Virus record (IMG/VR): IMGVR_UViG_3300021437_000025
Coordinates: 1 to 55,205 of that record
Source of the DNA: a virus
Taxonomy: Duplodnaviria > Caudoviricetes
Strand: one strand, 5' to 3'
Length of the DNA: 55,205 bases
The position numbers were made by a program, and so were the translations under genes. Shown piece by piece: positions 7,631 through 17,547 of the stretch. The notes below the pieces were generated by a model. The model saw only the letters and a program-made list of their open reading frames with translations, did no database searches and had not been told where the DNA came from. Positions within the stretch are counted from its first letter, which is position 1, and each line of letters begins with the position of its first letter.

Positions 7631-10600
7631 GTTTTGATTTGATGTATGTATTGCACCTTGTCGTCGTGATTGGTCGTTGTAGAACGCACGACCTTAGAGA
7701 TAACGAATGCTTTCATACGCTGCCTTTCCTCTGGACTCATTTCCTCCCAGACCTGCATGGCCTCTTCGGCACTGAAAGATCGCATTCGGTCACGCATGCG
7801 CTTGGTGTCGGCCTGCGGTCCAGTAGCGCGTGATTCCAGGATTTGCTTGCGTTGCTCAGTGGTGAGGATGATCTTTTGTTTCCTGGCCTCGGCGTTGACA
7901 TCGCTCATGCTTTTTAGATCACCAGATCGAAAATCATCCAACAGGGCAATGAAAGCCTCGTGTCTGGCCTGCGCTTGTGGGAGGCGTGGCGCAACCTGCA
8001 TGTGTCCGAAGTTGATATCTGACACTTTGCGTTCCGCGGCGGTCTTATGTGGTTGATTCGAGATACCGATGGATTGCAGCAGTCCGTTGATTACGGATTG
8101 CGCCATCGTATTGCCCATGTTCTTCTTGAAAAAGCCCTGCGCCGGTATGGGCGTCCATGATTTTAAGATATCCTTGGCGGCATCAACCACCCCGATTTTC
8201 TGCCCGTTCTGATCGCGCCCGCTGGCCATCTCCAACAACGGTCTGCCCCACAGGGGGTTGAGGCGGTGATACCAAAATCCGCGTGGATCGAGAATGAGAT
8301 GCGCGAGATCGCCAACGACTGAACGCGGCGTATATTCACGGCCACCGATGATCAAGCTGAATGGTTTTCCCCAGTTGGTCTTGTGATCATCACTGAACAT
8401 AAGATTGATGGTTTGCGCGGCCACCGACATGATGATAGCCCCGCGGATCAGCGCCATCATTTGCTCACGGCCTTTCGCTGACACGGCCTGGCCGGCGAAT
8501 TTAAGGCGCGCCTCCAAGAAATCTGGCGCAAGCAAGGCGATTTTCAGAGCGTCTTGCAAGGTAGGATTCCGGCCGATGTATTTGTAATTCTGTTCACCAA
8601 AGGCGGCGTTGGCCTGGGATGCGGCGTTCTCAAGAAGCTGATCGCGAGTGAACTTGCCGGCAGCGATATCTTTGGCGTAATACTGCTCGGCGCGCTGCAC
8701 GGCTTGTTCAAACATCGCTGCCTTTAAGCGCGGGATGTAATCCTGAAATAGCCATTCCTGGTAGCGTTTCAGTTGATCTCCTAATTTTGGAATCCTGTGA
8801 AACAGTCCACCAGACGCTAACCCTTCTCCGAAATCAGACATGGCGTTGTGGTTGTATAACATCAATCCATGATTCACGCCTTCACGCAACAATGGGCGCT
8901 TTTCAAAATCTATCTCCGGCGTGCTCAGTGGGTTGACATTATGGAAGATGGCGTGTTCGCCGACGTGGAACTGATGGAATGGGCCGATCAGGATCGTACC
9001 CTTAACAAATGCACCGGCTTCAAGCGCCGCACGGAAAGGTTGCGCACCACCAACTATAGGCACAGATTCCGGGATGGCCACGGTGCGCATCCACGACCGG
9101 CCCAGCAATGCCTTGAGTCGCCCCATCGCTTTGGGGTGGATCCACATATTCCCTTGCAATAGAATTGGCTTGCCTTCGGAGTCATTGCCTACCCACTTCC
9201 ATTTGCGGAGCGCGGGATGGTCCATGTACTGATAATCGGTGGTATCGTGGCCTTTGGCATTCGGCTTGATGAAATACGGCTTTTCGGTTTCACCGGCCTC
9301 CAATGGACTGCCGGCGCCACCGACAGCCACCGTGGGTCGGCCATCGCTTTCAACGCTGCCCATCATGGACTTGAGGGCCGCGCGCGCCTCAATCGCCGAA
9401 CGTATGGACCGCTCTGCCGCCACCATTTGATAGCCGATGCTCTTATTCTTTGGTTTGTAACCAGCCTGCTCACCTTCAAAGTAATTCTCAAATACCTTGT
9501 GCATCGCCTCCCGCGGCTTGGTTCTGAAAATACCGGCGTTGACCTGCGCAATGAGTTTCTTGCCAGCCTTGTCGGGACGCTCCCATTCGCCGCGCACGTA
9601 ATTGTTGACGTAATCCTCAAGAATTCCTGCAGCGTTGGCCAGCGTCCACAGATCATCATGGCGTTGCCGGATCGCGGCTGCCTGTGCTTTCTCTTCGGGG
9701 GTAAGTTTCAGGGCGTCTTCGTAACCCCTGCGATATTCCGGCGCACTATCTTGGGCGCGTTGCGCCAGCAGCTTTTCATCACCGCCAGCCTGCATGTAAT
9801 TGGTGATGGCCTCTTGCTTATCCTTCGTTAATGTGGCGTTAAGCCGTTTGGCGAGTTTGTGCAGGTTGAAATCAATCTCCTGCATGGCCCCCGTATATTT
9901 GCCGATTATTTTCTTGAGTGGCGTGATCTCAGGTGGGCGTGTGTACGCATCGCTTAATTGCTTGGCGTAATCGCGTACCTTATAGCCTAAGGACTTAATA
10001 AAGCCGTGCTCATCGGACGGGAACTCTGATTTGACACCACCCGGCGGCATGAATTCCGCCGCGACACCCTTACCGCCAGCAAGCGGTCCCAACTGGTCCT
10101 CACGGCTGCGGCTGAATGCCGGCATTGGTGCCGCGGCACGACGCCCAAACTCATTATGCGCGGACAGTTTAACTACCTGTCTGGCCAACGCAACGAGATC
10201 ATCTGGATGTAGTTTACCGGCCGAAATGATGCCATGCCGGAATAGCCACGCTTTGAGCGCGGTGAAAATACGCTTGACGACGCCGAACTTCTGCACGGCG
10301 CGGTCCTGCACTAGGTAAGCGATCGTTTCCTCGTCCTTGAGGTCTGGCGGCGTGTCCTCATGCACCAATAGCCGCGCGCGCGAGACAGCGGCGCTCATCG
10401 GATCACGGATCCCGTTCTCGGCACGTTTCAGCGCCTTGCCGACCGTCACAATTATATCGTTGTGAAACTTATCGCCAAGCACATCTCGGAGACCGTGGAT
10501 GCCGGCTTCATGGAGCAGCGTGCCGTAGACGTTGTTCAGTGTCTCGCCGCGTTCCAACTGCGATGCCACCAGATAAGAAGTTCCAGCGTCGTGATAGCCC

Positions 10601-13600
10601 CACACTACGCCGCCACCGGCGGCCTTTACGGCATCGGGCGGGAGTTCGTCGACTTGATCGACGATACGGAGCTTGTTGCGACGCTCAAGATTGCTGACCG
10701 CGGCCTCGCCGAGCTTGCCGACGAGTTCATTGCGGGCGTCAGAAACAGAAACCCCGCCGGAGCGGGGTTGGTCTGATGAACGTATGGGATAATCTAGTCG
10801 GGGTCGGGGCTGTTCAGATTGGCTAGCATCTGTTTGGTGATACTGGCCTCTTCCTCTGGATCGCTCGGAGGCGGCTTCCTGGGCACTGATGCCTTCGTAG
10901 ACGTGGGGCGAGAGTCTGCCGGCACGCTGGGCGTCTTCGAGGGCGGTTGAGAGTCTTTCATGTAGACCATTTTCATCTATTTTCGGTAGAGATTCAAGTG
11001 ATACCGCCATAGCTTTGCCATTACCGTGGCTGTTATCGATAGCCTCAAACATAACGCTGGGGTTATCTTTATAATGCTGCGCTAACTCCCTGATCGTCTT
11101 CGATGCGTTGATGTGTGTTGATTCGTGGCTGTACAGCGATATAGTGCGTCCTTTGATTTCGGCTCTAGGGATCACGCCATTTATTAGCGCGTCTACAGGT
11201 TCGCGGTATATATAACGCACCATGACTCTGCGGCCTGATTTCAAGGCAGCATCAATTTTATTTATGGCATTTTTTGTATTGTCGAGATTACCATCGTATA
11301 GAATGTCCGGCTTCTCTATGAACGTTCTGATAGAGCGTGTTTTTCCAGCACCAGTCCCGCCAGCAGTAAACAACACAGTCTGCGTTTTGCCGTCCTGTAC
11401 TGGTTTCGATAACAAGCGTTCATAAACCATCTTTGCCAAGTGGCTTGAAGGTTCACGAACAGCGTATGACAGCATGGCGCGTGCCTCATTGGAGGCGTTG
11501 TAGTCGTCCGAATACTCTTTGGCATTGTCTGCGCTGACGACATTGCCGAACTTCTTGATGTACCAATCAACGGCCTTCTGTGGATCGGCGTTGATCTTGT
11601 CATCCATCCGCTTGCCGACGGCCTGCTGCGACTCAATGCTAAACTTCGGGCGGCTGAACAATGGCAATCCCTGCATTGCTTTCTCGCGCAGCGCAGGCGT
11701 GATGTTGAAGCCTTGTTGATGTATTGTCGGATACGATGCAGTTTCATCTGAACGAAATGTTTTATAACCCTTAACTTCGCTATTGCGTAAATCAATATCG
11801 CCAACATTCCCGCCGCCCAGTTTCCTTAACACATCATTGGCGATGTTCGGTACGATCTTGTCGTAGAACGCCTTCATGCCTTCGCCGCCGACTTTCAGAT
11901 CGATACCGGAAATCTCGCGCGGTTTGTACTCATTAGGCTCTGGCTGCGCCAGAATCTTATCGGCGGCATCCTTGCCGATGACATTTTGCAATTTATCTGG
12001 TTCAACGATGCGAGTAATGACCTCTTTTCCATTGTGGTCATAGGCGACTAAATTGTGATCCTTCGTATACTGAATGCGGCTGAGTTGTTTGCTGAGATCA
12101 TAACGCGCCGCCTGCTGTTCGCCATTTGTCCATGCAATGTGGTCATAACCATTCTCGGCGGCATAGATGATGAGGCGCTTGAGCGCGAGAGAAACCCATG
12201 CGTCTGTTTTGCCGACGAAGGGGGCTGATGGAGCCATCGGCCGCGAGCCTTTTTTGTCCTGCTCATCAAAGCCTTCGCGTTTCCCTTGCTGTGCCCAATC
12301 GCTTTGCAGTTCTTCGATGAACAAAACTTTTTTGCCATCGGCATCAGTGCGGTCATTAAAGCGTATATGGGTGAGGATATTTGTTTGGTCGAAGTGGGCG
12401 GAGCGGAATGCGCGATTCTCTTTCTCCCCAACGGAAGCAGTTATCGCATCGAGGCGACCGCGATCTTCACGGGACAATTTGTCCTTGTTGTTGTAAAACC
12501 AATCTGCGCTATGCAACCCATATTTATCGCGCAGTGATTTCATCACTTGTTGTTCTGGTTCGCCATATGGAGCAGGCAACGTCAACAGCATCTCTCTGTA
12601 ATTCTTGCCGCCGGGCAACTGAAATTGTGAGAATTTTGTGCCTATCTTTGTTGTGCCACCGAATACATCATTTACAACTTTTTCAGCCCAACCTTCATCA
12701 TTCGCAAGGTGGGGGAATTTATTTGTCAATGCACGATAAGCGTCCTCATCATTGGCAATCGTTAGAAGTAAATCGTCATCTATATTGCCTGCACTGCGTG
12801 CGGCTTTCAGAACCTCTGGCAGCGCATATTTGCTATTGCGATTTATCGGATGTTCGCCAAGCGTTACATCATTCACCTGTACACCATTGGTCTTGAGGAA
12901 GTCGCTGATCTGTTGTTTCGTAACCGGCCCCTTCTGCAATGCTAGCCAGTCATTGATACCAGACCATTCGATCTCATCCTTCTTGACGCCTTTGAGATTG
13001 GCGATGGTGGCATTCCACTGTTCCGGTGTAGCTGAGTTTTGTTTAATTGCATCAACCTGTCGGCCCAATTCAGAATAGAAAACCGGCGCTTTCTCTTTTG
13101 GACGACTGAATAAAATGCCTTTGTCTGGTTGTGGAGCGGCGGTAGCCGCAGCCCTGCTCTGTAAATCTGGATAATCGGCGAGGACTTCTGGTGGTACATG
13201 CTCCCCATCACGTATCGCGCGCTCCAATACGAAACGCCGTGTTTTATCAAGTGCTGTTGTGCGTGATGCCGTGCCAGGGACTAGATTGGTTTCTCCATCA
13301 GGCAGATGAACGCGCATGTCATTACCAGTCCGTTGTACACGCATAATCGCATTGAACTCATCGCGTGACATCTCCCACGGCTCTTTAACCTTTGCAGATT
13401 CCAGCAAGTCACCTTGCCCAGTGGACTCATTGGTATCGAAAAGATCGCCGTGGCCGGTCAGTGAGACTGGCTCACCACCGATTTTCTCCTCGACTTGCTG
13501 GCGGCGCGCTTCAACGCCGTCGAGCGTGACTTCTTGTGATGTTGCTGCTGGAACTAACTCTGAGGCCGAGGCACCCTCTTTGGGTACGGCTGGCGTTACT

Positions 13601-16599
13601 TCTGCGGCAGTGGGTACATTGGCTGCTGGGGTGCCGAAGTCAGTCCTTTCGGCAGCTTGATCAGATACTCCGGCACCGGCAGTTTGTTGGCCGTGAGGAT
13701 GGCGTGGTGCAACATCGGCACCGTGATCTTCCGCGGCCGCAGTGGCTTCGGTGGTCTTATTCCTGGCATGGGAGATTTTCTCCTCTGTGGTGGTTGCGGT
13801 GTTGTTGCCGAAGATGTCGCCGGTCGCGGCCTGGCGTTCTTCATTATGCGCCTGCTGGCCGAGGTCTGACAACAAGGCCGCCAGCCGGCGCGGGCTGCGG
13901 CTGTTCTCACGCATAATCCGCGCCATCGTATCGGCGTCTGGATCGCGCTCAAAGGCATCGGTCTGTGCCAGTGCATCATTAACGGACACACCGGAACGTC
14001 TGGCGCGCTGCACAAATAATGCGGCTTTGGCGATCTTGGCGGGGATTTCGGTATTGGCAGTGGCGGCGAAGTGCGGCGCTGCGATGGTCATCGCGCGCAG
14101 CACGTTGCGGAAGTCAGGATCGGCCTCCTCAATGGCAGAGGCAATCAGCGTGTGGTTACGGTAGGCGCGGGCGAATACCGCAGCTTGGATGCGGTCGGCG
14201 AGCTGTTTGGTGGGCTGACGGTTGGCGTCAATGAGTCCTGCACGCTCGTTTTGCGGCACGGTCTGCATGAAACGGTTGATGAAATCTGAATTGCTGGCGG
14301 CCAGCACATCACCGTCTTCGGAGGGTTTGAAATCGGTGAGATCGATATGGCTGGCATCGTTCAACGCCGTCTCTGTTGCGGAATAACCAAGGCCCTGTTG
14401 GGCGTTTGACTTGCGCCCCATGTCATTTGCCCTGGTCAGGCGATCATCGAACAGGCGCACCAGCATGGGTTGCTTCATGGATTGGATGTCCTTCGCTGGC
14501 ACACCATGCTCAGCGGCATTATCCATCAATGCCTGCTTGTAATTATCGGCAATGCCACGCTGGTAGGCTTCTTGCACACCAGCTACACGACCGTTATTGA
14601 GTGCGCGTAACACGCCAGGTTGCGCATCGTAATACGATTGGTTCACCGTTCCATCTGCGTTATGCGATGCCTGCACCTGATCAGCATCAACCACAGCATA
14701 GCGCACAGGAAACTTTGCGCCATCTGCGAAAGTGACTCGCGCTTCCTTGCCAAGATGTGCGCCCGCAGGTTCACCGCCGCCTGTCGTGCTAACCATTGGT
14801 GCGCCCACGTCCGGGGTCGGTGCAACGCCCAGGCGGTCATAATCGGGGTTCCTGGCGATGGACTGCATTTGCTCGACGGACGCCGGGCGCGTGCGGTCGC
14901 GGTTTTGGATGGATAGATCGGAAAGCGCCTGTTGCTGTGGCGTGATGATTTCTGGCTGTGTGACTGGTGGCGAAGTTTCCGGTGCGGAGGCTGGAATATT
15001 TTCAGGAATAATTTGCTCTGGTTTTGCTGTGGCTATTGGCGGTTCGGTGACAGCCGCATTCTGATCTAGGTGAGCACTGATAGCCGCCGCCATCTTCTGC
15101 GGGAAGATGATCCCATTCTCGTTCTTGTTAATGATGCCGCCACTGAAACCGGAGAGGGCACGGCGTACTGTTTTGATGTCGCCACGAACAATAACGCCGC
15201 GCCCGTAAGGTTCTACCTTCAAACCTTGATCCGGAGGATTGCCTGAACTCAGCGACCCTTTGTCTTCTTGCCCTTTTTGGACTTCATTGGGTATCTCCTG
15301 TGGAGGCGCAGCACCGGCCGGCTGCGATTCGGCGTTAATTATTTCGGCAGTTTGAGCACGTATTCTATGCTCTATTTCTGTTGGCGTCTCAATAGTGTGC
15401 TGACCAGCAGGAATTGTGCCCTTGAATTCTGGCTGCGCCTCAAATGGTATGCTTTCAACATCAGGTGGCGTGGGTTCTATGGTAAAGCGGCTGGCGACTG
15501 GCGAAGCGGGTACGGCGCCAGGTGATGTGGTGGGTTCTAGTGGCTGTGGTGCGACGGTCTGGTTTATAGTTTCTGTGGCTGTGGGTTTTACTGGTGTCGC
15601 AGGTTTCCCTTTGATAGCACTGGCGACGACCTTGGCACCCAAATGCGCGGCCAATGGCAACGCCGTGCCGACCGCGGCCACGGGATAGGTCTCGGCCATG
15701 CCCTCTGTGATTGGCCGGCCAGCACGGATATTCTCAACACCTCGCTCCGCCTCAGAAACGGCAGGCTGGATAATTCCGGCTTGTACGAGAATGTTCTTAA
15801 CTGCCGAACTAAATCCAGGAACCTTGAATGGTGCGAAGCCGAACGCAGCGAAACCAAGACCAGAAAACGCTCCATCCAGAGTGGCGTCATTGATGGCTTC
15901 ATTGTAGGCGCGTTCTTGGTCATGAGGGAATTGTTGCTGACGGGCTTGCAGGTGGGGGGCAATGGATTGCGCGGCAGACGCGACGCCGGCCCCGAAGAAT
16001 GTACCTGCGATGCCTCCGAGTGGATTGCCGCCAGTAACGGCTTCGCCGATCCCGCCACCGACGGCAGCGCCGGTTATCGTAGGCAACGTCTTGGCGCCGA
16101 CAAATAAAGCCCGCGGTATGCCTATGGATGGTTTGATAAGTTCACTAAAAGGCTGTTCCTGTGTGAAGTCCGGTTGTGGCGTAGTGGGTGCTGATGGAGG
16201 CGCTTGCTGATTGAGGGCCGCAGGTGCGGCGGCGAGTTCGCCGACGGCCTGACCAATACCGGCCTTGACGGCCTCCCCGGATTTTTTAAGGGTGGCCATG
16301 AAGCCTGTGTCTGGCTTCTCATCGTACCGATCAAAGTAATTGGCATTTGCCGCTGGCGTGTCGTATTTATCAAAATAATTCGATGGTTTGGTGGGCGTCT
16401 GATTAAGGCCGACGGCATCGGAGACGGCATGGACGGCGGGCGAGATTTTGCTGTTGATGTCGGCAAGCAACTGCCGCATAGAGGTGGTTGAATCGGCGGG
16501 AACGGCGTCGGTGACCACCGAATCCGTTGGCATGACAGGTGTAGTCGACAACGCCGTGTTGCCGTTGTCGACATCGTACTGATCGAAGTAATTGGACAT
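7621..16599 (-). CDS. giant polyvalent ejection/DNA-transfer protein (ParB-like, zeta-toxin-like P-loop kinase, zincin metallopeptidase and LPD-type domains)
   Basis: 2992 aa; N-terminal NYFD.YD repeats; QNRDR...GAPMV...YAVV ParB-like segment; AGGTGAGKT Walker A; HEAGIH; last gene of the internal-virion cluster. Confidence 0.85.
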   Translation of the reverse strand: MSNYFDQYDVDNGNTALSTTPVMPTDSVVTDAVPADSTTSMRQLLADINSKISPAVHAVSDAVGLNQTPTKPSNYFDKYDTPAANANYFDRYDEKPDTGFMATLKKSGEAVKAGIGQAVGELAAAPAALNQQAPPSAPTTPQPDFTQEQPFSELIKPSIGIPRALFVGAKTLPTITGAAVGGGIGEAVTGGNPLGGIAGTFFGAGVASAAQSIAPHLQARQQQFPHDQERAYNEAINDATLDGAFSGLGFAAFGFAPFKVPGFSSAVKNILVQAGIIQPAVSEAERGVENIRAGRPITEGMAETYPVAAVGTALPLAAHLGAKVVASAIKGKPATPVKPTATETINQTVAPQPLEPTTSPGAVPASPVASRFTIEPTPPDVESIPFEAQPEFKGTIPAGQHTIETPTEIEHRIRAQTAEIINAESQPAGAAPPQEIPNEVQKGQEDKGSLSSGNPPDQGLKVEPYGRGVIVRGDIKTVRRALSGFSGGIINKNENGIIFPQKMAAAISAHLDQNAAVTEPPIATAKPEQIIPENIPASAPETSPPVTQPEIITPQQQALSDLSIQNRDRTRPASVEQMQSIARNPDYDRLGVAPTPDVGAPMVSTTGGGEPAGAHLGKEARVTFADGAKFPVRYAVVDADQVQASHNADGTVNQSYYDAQPGVLRALNNGRVAGVQEAYQRGIADNYKQALMDNAAEHGVPAKDIQSMKQPMLVRLFDDRLTRANDMGRKSNAQQGLGYSATETALNDASHIDLTDFKPSEDGDVLAASNSDFINRFMQTVPQNERAGLIDANRQPTKQLADRIQAAVFARAYRNHTLIASAIEEADPDFRNVLRAMTIAAPHFAATANTEIPAKIAKAALFVQRARRSGVSVNDALAQTDAFERDPDADTMARIMRENSRSPRRLAALLSDLGQQAHNEERQAATGDIFGNNTATTTEEKISHARNKTTEATAAAEDHGADVAPRHPHGQQTAGAGVSDQAAERTDFGTPAANVPTAAEVTPAVPKEGASASELVPAATSQEVTLDGVEARRQQVEEKIGGEPVSLTGHGDLFDTNESTGQGDLLESAKVKEPWEMSRDEFNAIMRVQRTGNDMRVHLPDGETNLVPGTASRTTALDKTRRFVLERAIRDGEHVPPEVLADYPDLQSRAAATAAPQPDKGILFSRPKEKAPVFYSELGRQVDAIKQNSATPEQWNATIANLKGVKKDEIEWSGINDWLALQKGPVTKQQISDFLKTNGVQVNDVTLGEHPINRNSKYALPEVLKAARSAGNIDDDLLLTIANDEDAYRALTNKFPHLANDEGWAEKVVNDVFGGTTKIGTKFSQFQLPGGKNYREMLLTLPAPYGEPEQQVMKSLRDKYGLHSADWFYNNKDKLSREDRGRLDAITASVGEKENRAFRSAHFDQTNILTHIRFNDRTDADGKKVLFIEELQSDWAQQGKREGFDEQDKKGSRPMAPSAPFVGKTDAWVSLALKRLIIYAAENGYDHIAWTNGEQQAARYDLSKQLSRIQYTKDHNLVAYDHNGKEVITRIVEPDKLQNVIGKDAADKILAQPEPNEYKPREISGIDLKVGGEGMKAFYDKIVPNIANDVLRKLGGGNVGDIDLRNSEVKGYKTFRSDETASYPTIHQQGFNITPALREKAMQGLPLFSRPKFSIESQQAVGKRMDDKINADPQKAVDWYIKKFGNVVSADNAKEYSDDYNASNEARAMLSYAVREPSSHLAKMVYERLLSKPVQDGKTQTVLFTAGGTGAGKTRSIRTFIEKPDILYDGNLDNTKNAINKIDAALKSGRRVMVRYIYREPVDALINGVIPRAEIKGRTISLYSHESTHINASKTIRELAQHYKDNPSVMFEAIDNSHGNGKAMAVSLESLPKIDENGLHERLSTALEDAQRAGRLSPHVYEGISAQEAASERSRGRGQYHQTDASQSEQPRPRLDYPIRSSDQPRSGGVSVSDARNELVGKLGEAAVSNLERRNKLRIVDQVDELPPDAVKAAGGGVVWGYHDAGTSYLVASQLERGETLNNVYGTLLHEAGIHGLRDVLGDKFHNDIIVTVGKALKRAENGIRDPMSAAVSRARLLVHEDTPPDLKDEETIAYLVQDRAVQKFGVVKRIFTALKAWLFRHGIISAGKLHPDDLVALARQVVKLSAHNEFGRRAAAPMPAFSRSREDQLGPLAGGKGVAAEFMPPGGVKSEFPSDEHGFIKSLGYKVRDYAKQLSDAYTRPPEITPLKKIIGKYTGAMQEIDFNLHKLAKRLNATLTKDKQEAITNYMQAGGDEKLLAQRAQDSAPEYRRGYEDALKLTPEEKAQAAAIRQRHDDLWTLANAAGILEDYVNNYVRGEWERPDKAGKKLIAQVNAGIFRTKPREAMHKVFENYFEGEQAGYKPKNKSIGYQMVAAERSIRSAIEARAALKSMMGSVESDGRPTVAVGGAGSPLEAGETEKPYFIKPNAKGHDTTDYQYMDHPALRKWKWVGNDSEGKPILLQGNMWIHPKAMGRLKALLGRSWMRTVAIPESVPIVGGAQPFRAALEAGAFVKGTILIGPFHQFHVGEHAIFHNVNPLSTPEIDFEKRPLLREGVNHGLMLYNHNAMSDFGEGLASGGLFHRIPKLGDQLKRYQEWLFQDYIPRLKAAMFEQAVQRAEQYYAKDIAAGKFTRDQLLENAASQANAAFGEQNYKYIGRNPTLQDALKIALLAPDFLEARLKFAGQAVSAKGREQMMALIRGAIIMSVAAQTINLMFSDDHKTNWGKPFSLIIGGREYTPRSVVGDLAHLILDPRGFWYHRLNPLWGRPLLEMASGRDQNGQKIGVVDAAKDILKSWTPIPAQGFFKKNMGNTMAQSVINGLLQSIGISNQPHKTAAERKVSDINFGHMQVAPRLPQAQARHEAFIALLDDFRSGDLKSMSDVNAEARKQKIILTTEQRKQILESRATGPQADTKRMRDRMRSFSAEEAMQVWEEMSPEERQRMKAFVISKVVRSTTTNHDDKVQYIHQIKTAP

Positions 16600-17546
16600 T
16601 ATTGTCCCAGGTATTGCTTAGCCGAACCGCCTCCGTATTTCTGGTCGAATTGAGAGGCGAGGCCGGGATTCTTCTTCAAGTCGTCAATGGCCGCCTGCGG
16701 TATGGCCTTGATGGGGGGTGCCACAGCGCGCGCGGCCGTGTCTTGAATATTGCCGCTTATTCTGCCTTTTGCAGCGGAAATCTGGCGGTTAACCTGATCG
16801 AGATAATAACTATCATCACGATTGGGCGCTTCCTCGCTAAAATCATCCTGCTTTAATTTTTGTGCCAACTCCAACTTGTCCTTCAAACTCAAGTCATTCC
16901 TTCTTCCGTTGATCAATGCGTTCGTGAAAGAAGCGTTTTGCCGGAACGTATCACGACTGTCCTGTACACGCTGGGCCTGTTCATGCTGAAATTGATCAGC
17001 GCGTTCTTGGGCGATTTGTTTGCGGGTCTGCCGTCCTTCTATGCTCTGCAACATCAGACGCGAGTAGACCTCCGGATCTAGTGCTGCGCCTGCGACGGGA
17101 ACGAAGGCATCGTCGAACGACATCGCTTGACCGCCCGGGAATGAAATCGTCTGCTTGGCGGCATCGACGGTGGTGCCCGCGGGGATGCTCTGACCGTCTG
17201 GAAAGGCGTCGTAGACGTTCTTCAATGTCTGCGTATTTGGGTTTCGTAGGAATGCGCTCCATCCGGCCATGATCTTTGGCGCCGATAGCGTATACGATGC
17301 CTTCACGATGTCAGGTGACTGCTTCATCATCTGGATGGCGAGATCGCCGCGGCCGCGCTTCACAGCCTCGGTGACGAAGTCGTTGAGGACGTTATCCCAC
17401 TGAACTTGGTTGCGCTGTGGTGGTGGCGCTGCCGTGTTGTTGGCCTGCATCGGCGCTGGCGTGGCGGTCGGCGCCGCAGGGTCTGACGCCGCCATCGGCG
17501 CCGCGGCTGCATCCTGTCCCTGTGGTGAATAAAGTGGCGATGGCAT
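16599..17546 (-). CDS. internal virion (ejection) protein
   Basis: Position; Ala/Gln/Pro-rich; C-terminal IPQAAIDDLKKNP..QFDQKYG motif; start reassigned to the ATG just after the upstream stop. Confidence 0.7.
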   Translation of the reverse strand: MPSPLYSPQGQDAAAAPMAASDPAAPTATPAPMQANNTAAPPPQRNQVQWDNVLNDFVTEAVKRGRGDLAIQMMKQSPDIVKASYTLSAPKIMAGWSAFLRNPNTQTLKNVYDAFPDGQSIPAGTTVDAAKQTISFPGGQAMSFDDAFVPVAGAALDPEVYSRLMLQSIEGRQTRKQIAQERADQFQHEQAQRVQDSRDTFRQNASFTNALINGRRNDLSLKDKLELAQKLKQDDFSEEAPNRDDSYYLDQVNRQISAAKGRISGNIQDTAARAVAPPIKAIPQAAIDDLKKNPGLASQFDQKYGGGSAKQYLGQ

Positions 17547-17547
17547 G

